DNA from: an uncultured Verrucomicrobiota bacterium
GTDB lineage: Bacteria; Verrucomicrobiota; Verrucomicrobiia; Palsa-1439
DNA length: 64,000 bases
Reading direction: 5' to 3'
NCBI GenBank assembly: GCA_903825435.1
Contig: CAIKAP010000097.1
Location: 10,547 to 74,546 of the forward strand
Below, one piece after another: positions 59,635-64,000 of this stretch. Numbering within the stretch: the stretch's first letter is position 1; every line of letters starts with the position of its first letter. Both the position numbers and the translations under genes were made by a program. Under the pieces are notes generated by a model. The model did no database searches and was not told the origin of the DNA. It worked only from the letters and a program-made list of their open reading frames with translations.

Positions 59635-59674
59635 GGACTTCGTAGGAAAGTACGTACAAGAAGGAAATTGAACT

Positions 59675-60172
59675 ATGGACTTTAAGAAATTCGCAACATT
59701 CATCGCAATCCTTGGTTTGGCAACCCTAGGTTGGGGTGCTTATCGGTGGGCGACCAACCAGCCGAAAACATTCAAACCGGGTGCAGAAAAACAAGGGATG
59801 TTCGGTTTGCCAGACTTTGCCGCTTCTATGGACAACCTTGTTGCCGCTGACAATGTGCGAATAGAGAATGTGCATCGTGAAGAGATACGCGACAGCGCGA
59901 TCAAGATTATGGTTGCCGGAGGTATTGTGCTCTTTATCGGCCTAGCTGTTTCGGCTTCGGCAAAGACTTCAAGCAATGTTCTCCCATCGGCAACCCCAAA
60001 ACAGCCCATCGCAGCACAGGGCATTGCCTTCCGTAGTCAGCAAATCAATCGGGTGGCAGCGGTAATCGTGCTTGGTGTGATTGCTCTCATCGTTGTCGTT
60101 TGGTTCGTGATGAGTTCATTACCCTCCGATCCCCTTCCATCGCCGAATATGGACAAATCATTCCTGCGGTAG
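59675..60172 (+). CDS. Hypothetical three-TM membrane protein
   Basis: GAAGGA RBS; three hydrophobic segments. Confidence 0.65.
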   Translation: MDFKKFATFIAILGLATLGWGAYRWATNQPKTFKPGAEKQGMFGLPDFAASMDNLVAADNVRIENVHREEIRDSAIKIMVAGGIVLFIGLAVSASAKTSSNVLPSATPKQPIAAQGIAFRSQQINRVAAVIVLGVIALIVVVWFVMSSLPSDPLPSPNMDKSFLR

Positions 60173-60360
60173 TTGGGAAGGGGGGAGGGATTGAGCAACA
60201 CCCCGCATACTCGCGGTCGCCATCGCCTCTTTCAGCGGGATCGTCACGGTAATCTTCGCCCGGTTCTATCGCGTCCGCCTCGCGCCATGACGACAGCGCG
60301 GATTGCTCATTGCGCACCATTGGAGTCGCGGTAACCCCGTCCAAGATGCCGTAACGCCGG

Positions 60361-61164
60361 TTACGGTTTGCTACAACCCGCAAAGAACTCGGCCAGTGCT
60401 TGCCGGTAGAGGGAGGCACTGACGAGAAAAGCGTCGTTGTGGCTGCCGCGCAGTTCGACGAGGCGTTTTGGTTCGGGTGCGTCGGCGAGGAGACGTTTGG
60501 CGTAGCTCATCGGGAACAGTTCATCCTCGTGGCTGTGAAGAATCAGTAACGGCACGCGGAGCTTCGGCATCTTGCTGAGCGAATCGTACTTGGTCTTGGC
60601 GATGAGACGGACGGGGAGGAATGGGAACATCTTCTGGCCGACATCGGCAATGGAAGTAAACGGTTCCTCGATGACGAGGCCAGCAACGGGTGTTTTGACG
60701 GCCAGGTCAACAGCAACAGCCGATCCGAGCGATTCTCCGTAAAGGATAATCTTGCTGTGTTGCTTGGCCAGCCAGTCGTAGGCGGCTTGGGCGTCGCGGT
60801 AAGTGCCTTGTTCGCTGGGTTGGTGGGCGTCACTCCGTCCGTAGCCCCGGTAATCAATGATGAGCGTGGCAGCGCCGAGGTTGTGGAAGATGGCCAGCTT
60901 GTCGAGCCGGTGCGAGATATTGCCAGCGTTGCCGTGGAGGAAGAGGATGGCGGATGCATTTGTGGCGGTGGACGGCAGATACCAGCCGTGAATCCGGACG
61001 CCGTCGCTTGTGGTCAGCCAGACGTCTTCAAACTTCAGTCCCGCTTGATCTGGCGAGGCGGCCATTTCGCGACTGGGATAGTAGATCATGGACGGTTCGC
61101 GCCAGTGTAGCAGGAGCGCGAACAGCACCAGCCCGAACACCAGCACAAGAAGGAAGTGAAGCAT
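60361..61164 (-). CDS. Alpha/beta hydrolase with N-terminal membrane anchor
   Basis: HGNAGN, DYRGYG, GESLG, HS.EDE, HND catalytic triad motifs. Confidence 0.92.
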   Translation of the reverse strand: MLHFLLVLVFGLVLFALLLHWREPSMIYYPSREMAASPDQAGLKFEDVWLTTSDGVRIHGWYLPSTATNASAILFLHGNAGNISHRLDKLAIFHNLGAATLIIDYRGYGRSDAHQPSEQGTYRDAQAAYDWLAKQHSKIILYGESLGSAVAVDLAVKTPVAGLVIEEPFTSIADVGQKMFPFLPVRLIAKTKYDSLSKMPKLRVPLLILHSHEDELFPMSYAKRLLADAPEPKRLVELRGSHNDAFLVSASLYRQALAEFFAGCSKP

Positions 61165-61242
61165 GCGTTTCAACCTGCGGCCATTGTACACGGTAAGATT
61201 TTGGCTGTCCATTCAACCTGCTTGCTGGCAAAATGCCGCACC

Positions 61243-63897
61243 ATGAACGCCAAAATTCTACCACAACGCCTCCTTCGTACGGTCACAACCGGAGCGTGGA
61301 TCTTTTTCCTTTGTGTTCGGTGGGTTCCCTGCGCCGTTGCCGCGATCAACGGTGGTCAAGACACTTCGCTATATGATGCGCATGGCGAGTACGGCAACAC
61401 GTCGGTTGTCAAACCGGTGAAAGTCGAGGACGTTTGGGTTGTTTTCAAAACACATTTCGACATCGGCTACACCGCGTCGATCGCCGAGGTGCTGGCACGG
61501 TATCGTGGGCCGATGATTGATAATGCGCTTGCCGTCATCGAAGCCAATCAGGCGCTGCCGCGGGAGCAACGGTTCACCTGGACCGTCCCCGGCTGGCCGT
61601 TGTACTACATTCTCGGGCCGGACCAGACGCCCGAACGCCGCGCCCGGATCGTGCAGGCGCTCAAAGCCGGCGCGTTAGCCGTCCATGCCGCGCCGTTCAC
61701 GCTGCACACCGAATCGTTTGACCTCGAGGACCTCGTCCGAGGTCTTCATTACTCCGCGCAGATTGCCCGCGACAATGGTTTGCCATTGCCACGCAGTGCC
61801 AAGATGACCGACGTCCCAGGGCACGCCTGGATCATGCCAACGCTCCTCAAAAATGCCGGTGTTGATTTTCTCCAGATCGGCTGCAACAGCGCCAGCGACT
61901 TCCCGAGATTCCCTATGTTGTTCTTGTGGGAAGGACCGGATGGCTCGCGGTTGCTCACGGACTACACCCAATACTATGGCAGCGGCATCGTCCCGCCCAA
62001 AGGCTGGCCCGCCAAGAACTATCTCGCTATGATCATGACCGGCGACAACCACGGCCCTCCGACCGCCACCGAGGTGGAATCCGTCCGGCAAGTCGCCGCG
62101 AAGAATCTGCCCGGCGTTCGCATCCACTTCGGGACGCTTGACGATTTCCTTAAAGCTATCGAAGCCGAGAAACCCCATCTGCCGGTCGTTCGTGGCGACA
62201 CACCGGACACTTGGATTCATGGCTTGCTCTCGATGCCGGTCGAATCCAAGATTGCCCGAAACATCCGTCCACTAGAGCCGGCGCTTGATGCACTCGATAC
62301 GCACCTGAAACTTTATGGTCTCACGACCCCGCCACTCGCGCCGGTGCTGGCGAAAGCGTATGAGCAGAGCCTGCTTTTTGGTGAACACACTTGGGGTATG
62401 GACGTCTCTATGGTTGGCGGGTTCTGGTACGGCGACAAGTGGAAGAAAGCGCTGGCCGAGGGCAAGTATAAGCAGTTTCTCCAAGCCTTCGACGATAAAC
62501 GCGCTTACATCCACACGACTGACGAGATCGTCAACCGTGAACTCCGCCAGCGTCTTGATCTGCTCGCTCAATCCGTGAAAGCCGAAGGTCGTCGTATTGT
62601 TGTCTGGAACGCGTTGCCGTGGCCGCGCTCCGGCAACGTCGAGGTGGACGGCAAGTGGCTCTACGCGGTAGACGTGCCGGCCAATGGCTACAAAACATTC
62701 TCGGCAGACTTAGCTACCACGGCGATGCCGGTCCTGAACGATCCGCCCACCGCACTCAACACGCCGTTCTACAAAGTGACATTTGATCTGAAACGCGGTG
62801 GCCTCGCTTCGTTGGTTGAAAAAAGAACCGGTCGTGAACTTGTGAACCAAGTTAGCCCGTATGCACTGGGGCAGTATCTCCATGCACGATTCAGCCTGAA
62901 CGAAGTCACGAACTGGATACATGCATACAGCCGCAGTCAGGAGAAATGGGCGCTGAAAGATTTCGGTAAACCCGGCATGCCCGGCCCCGATAAATCATGC
63001 TACGCGACCTTCACCCCCAGCGACTGGAAAATCATCGTGACTCACAGCTCCGTCGCCGATGTCGCCACGCTCACTGCGGGCGACACCAAGGGACTCGGCC
63101 AAGGTATCACACTCACTTTTACGTTTGACCGGCACAGTTCCGCCATTGATTGCGAATGGCGAATCACCAAAAAAACGCCCAATCCGATCCCCGAAGGAGG
63201 CTGGCTTTGTTTCCCGTTTGCTGCGAAAGAGCCGCGGTTCACGCTCGGCCGCACCGGCGCCCCGATTGATCCTGCCGCCGACATCGTCCCCGGCGCCGGG
63301 CGTTACCGCTATGCCGTCACTACCGGTGTCACGATTACCCGTGCGGACAAATCTGGTATCAGCCTTTGTCCGATTGACTCGCCACTCGTCAGTCTCGACC
63401 AGCCCGGCCTCTGGAAGCACTCACTCGACTTCGTTCCCAAGGTGCCGACGGTCTTCGTTAACCTCTACAACAACATGTGGAACACGAACTTCCCACTCTG
63501 GCAGGACGGTTCCTGGTCCAGCCGTGTCCGTTTCTGGCCGACCACTGACCTCGTTGCACCTGCTTGGGAAGCCCGTGTCCCACTGCTGGCCGCCATCGCT
63601 GATGGTTCTGGCGGCAAGTTGCCTGCGATGCAAGACGGCTTGCGAGTCTCGCGTCCCGGCGTACTGGTGACGGCGTTTGGGCGAAACCCGGACGGTACGG
63701 GAACGCTACTCCGTATCTGGGAACAAACGGGAATCACTGGCCAACTGACCATCACGCTGCCAGTGGGAATGAAACTTTCGAAGGCGCAACCGTGCGATTT
63801 GCGCGGCCAACTGGTTGGCACAGCCATTCCCATACACGACCGCGAAATCAATCTGGAATTGAGAGCGTTTGCGCCATACACTCTCATACTGAAATAA
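61243..63897 (+). CDS. Glycoside hydrolase family 38-like (alpha-mannosidase-like) exported protein
   Basis: FKTHFDIGYT (HxD), MTDVPG, FLWEGPDGS, GDN, EHTWG, NN.W.TNF. Confidence 0.8.
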   Translation: MNAKILPQRLLRTVTTGAWIFFLCVRWVPCAVAAINGGQDTSLYDAHGEYGNTSVVKPVKVEDVWVVFKTHFDIGYTASIAEVLARYRGPMIDNALAVIEANQALPREQRFTWTVPGWPLYYILGPDQTPERRARIVQALKAGALAVHAAPFTLHTESFDLEDLVRGLHYSAQIARDNGLPLPRSAKMTDVPGHAWIMPTLLKNAGVDFLQIGCNSASDFPRFPMLFLWEGPDGSRLLTDYTQYYGSGIVPPKGWPAKNYLAMIMTGDNHGPPTATEVESVRQVAAKNLPGVRIHFGTLDDFLKAIEAEKPHLPVVRGDTPDTWIHGLLSMPVESKIARNIRPLEPALDALDTHLKLYGLTTPPLAPVLAKAYEQSLLFGEHTWGMDVSMVGGFWYGDKWKKALAEGKYKQFLQAFDDKRAYIHTTDEIVNRELRQRLDLLAQSVKAEGRRIVVWNALPWPRSGNVEVDGKWLYAVDVPANGYKTFSADLATTAMPVLNDPPTALNTPFYKVTFDLKRGGLASLVEKRTGRELVNQVSPYALGQYLHARFSLNEVTNWIHAYSRSQEKWALKDFGKPGMPGPDKSCYATFTPSDWKIIVTHSSVADVATLTAGDTKGLGQGITLTFTFDRHSSAIDCEWRITKKTPNPIPEGGWLCFPFAAKEPRFTLGRTGAPIDPAADIVPGAGRYRYAVTTGVTITRADKSGISLCPIDSPLVSLDQPGLWKHSLDFVPKVPTVFVNLYNNMWNTNFPLWQDGSWSSRVRFWPTTDLVAPAWEARVPLLAAIADGSGGKLPAMQDGLRVSRPGVLVTAFGRNPDGTGTLLRIWEQTGITGQLTITLPVGMKLSKAQPCDLRGQLVGTAIPIHDREINLELRAFAPYTLILK

Positions 63898-63908
63898 GGA
63901 GGCACTTC

Positions 63909-64000
63909 ATGACCCGCAAAGAACGATTACTGACCGCACTTCGAGTCCAGCAACCTGACCGGGTGCCGTTGTTCGATTTCCTTTTCCAGAAACCCATGTA
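63909..64000 (+). CDS. Uroporphyrinogen decarboxylase-family protein, 3'-truncated by the window
   Basis: AGGAGG RBS; MTRKERLLTALR..QPDRVP N-terminal motif. Confidence 0.7.
   Translation, partial: MTRKERLLTALRVQQPDRVPLFDFLFQKPM

Noticed and set aside
60190..60320. Possible histidine-kinase C-terminal remnant on the minus strand (EPG...ITVTIPLK)
   Set aside because: Too short and frame-broken to support without a search

Overview
GC-rich bacterial chromosomal segment, most consistent with the PVC superphylum and probably Verrucomicrobia (inference from the dnaK-groES-groEL-rpoZ order, the alpha2-type GlyRS, and the PQQ-propeller, HEAT and uroporphyrinogen-decarboxylase-like families). The core genes include glyS, mqnE, a heptose kinase, phoH-ybeY, recO, lpxA, moeB, tRNA-Ala(CGC), leuA, smpB, rpoZ, groEL/groES/dnaK and pdxB. 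Several accessory blocks interrupt them. (1) 25.0-31.1 kb: a five-gene operon with a MotA/TolQ/ExbB-type channel carrying a long ZorA-like helical tail, two different single-TM ExbD-like partners without OmpA domains, a membrane-anchored protein and an exported HEAT-repeat protein. This is the best candidate for an uncharacterised ion-driven motor system. (2) 36.7-41.5 kb: a defence islet with two TA pairs and a type II R-M pair, punctuated by several different REP-like palindromes. (3) 55.3-60.2 kb: a rearranged region with a prfB relic, a 13x8-bp SSR abutting a sigma54 consensus, a 21-bp palindromic array fused to an FN3 gene, and a low-GC CHAP-protein cluster. Non-coding highlights are a dispersed motif CGGAACA-N4-CGGAACA that recurs inside unrelated genes in different reading frames and is densest near 1 kb, an unannotated Leu-rich leader peptide with attenuator upstream of leuA, and a sigma54-type promoter architecture before dnaK-groESL. 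All calls come from reading the sequence; no database searches were run.
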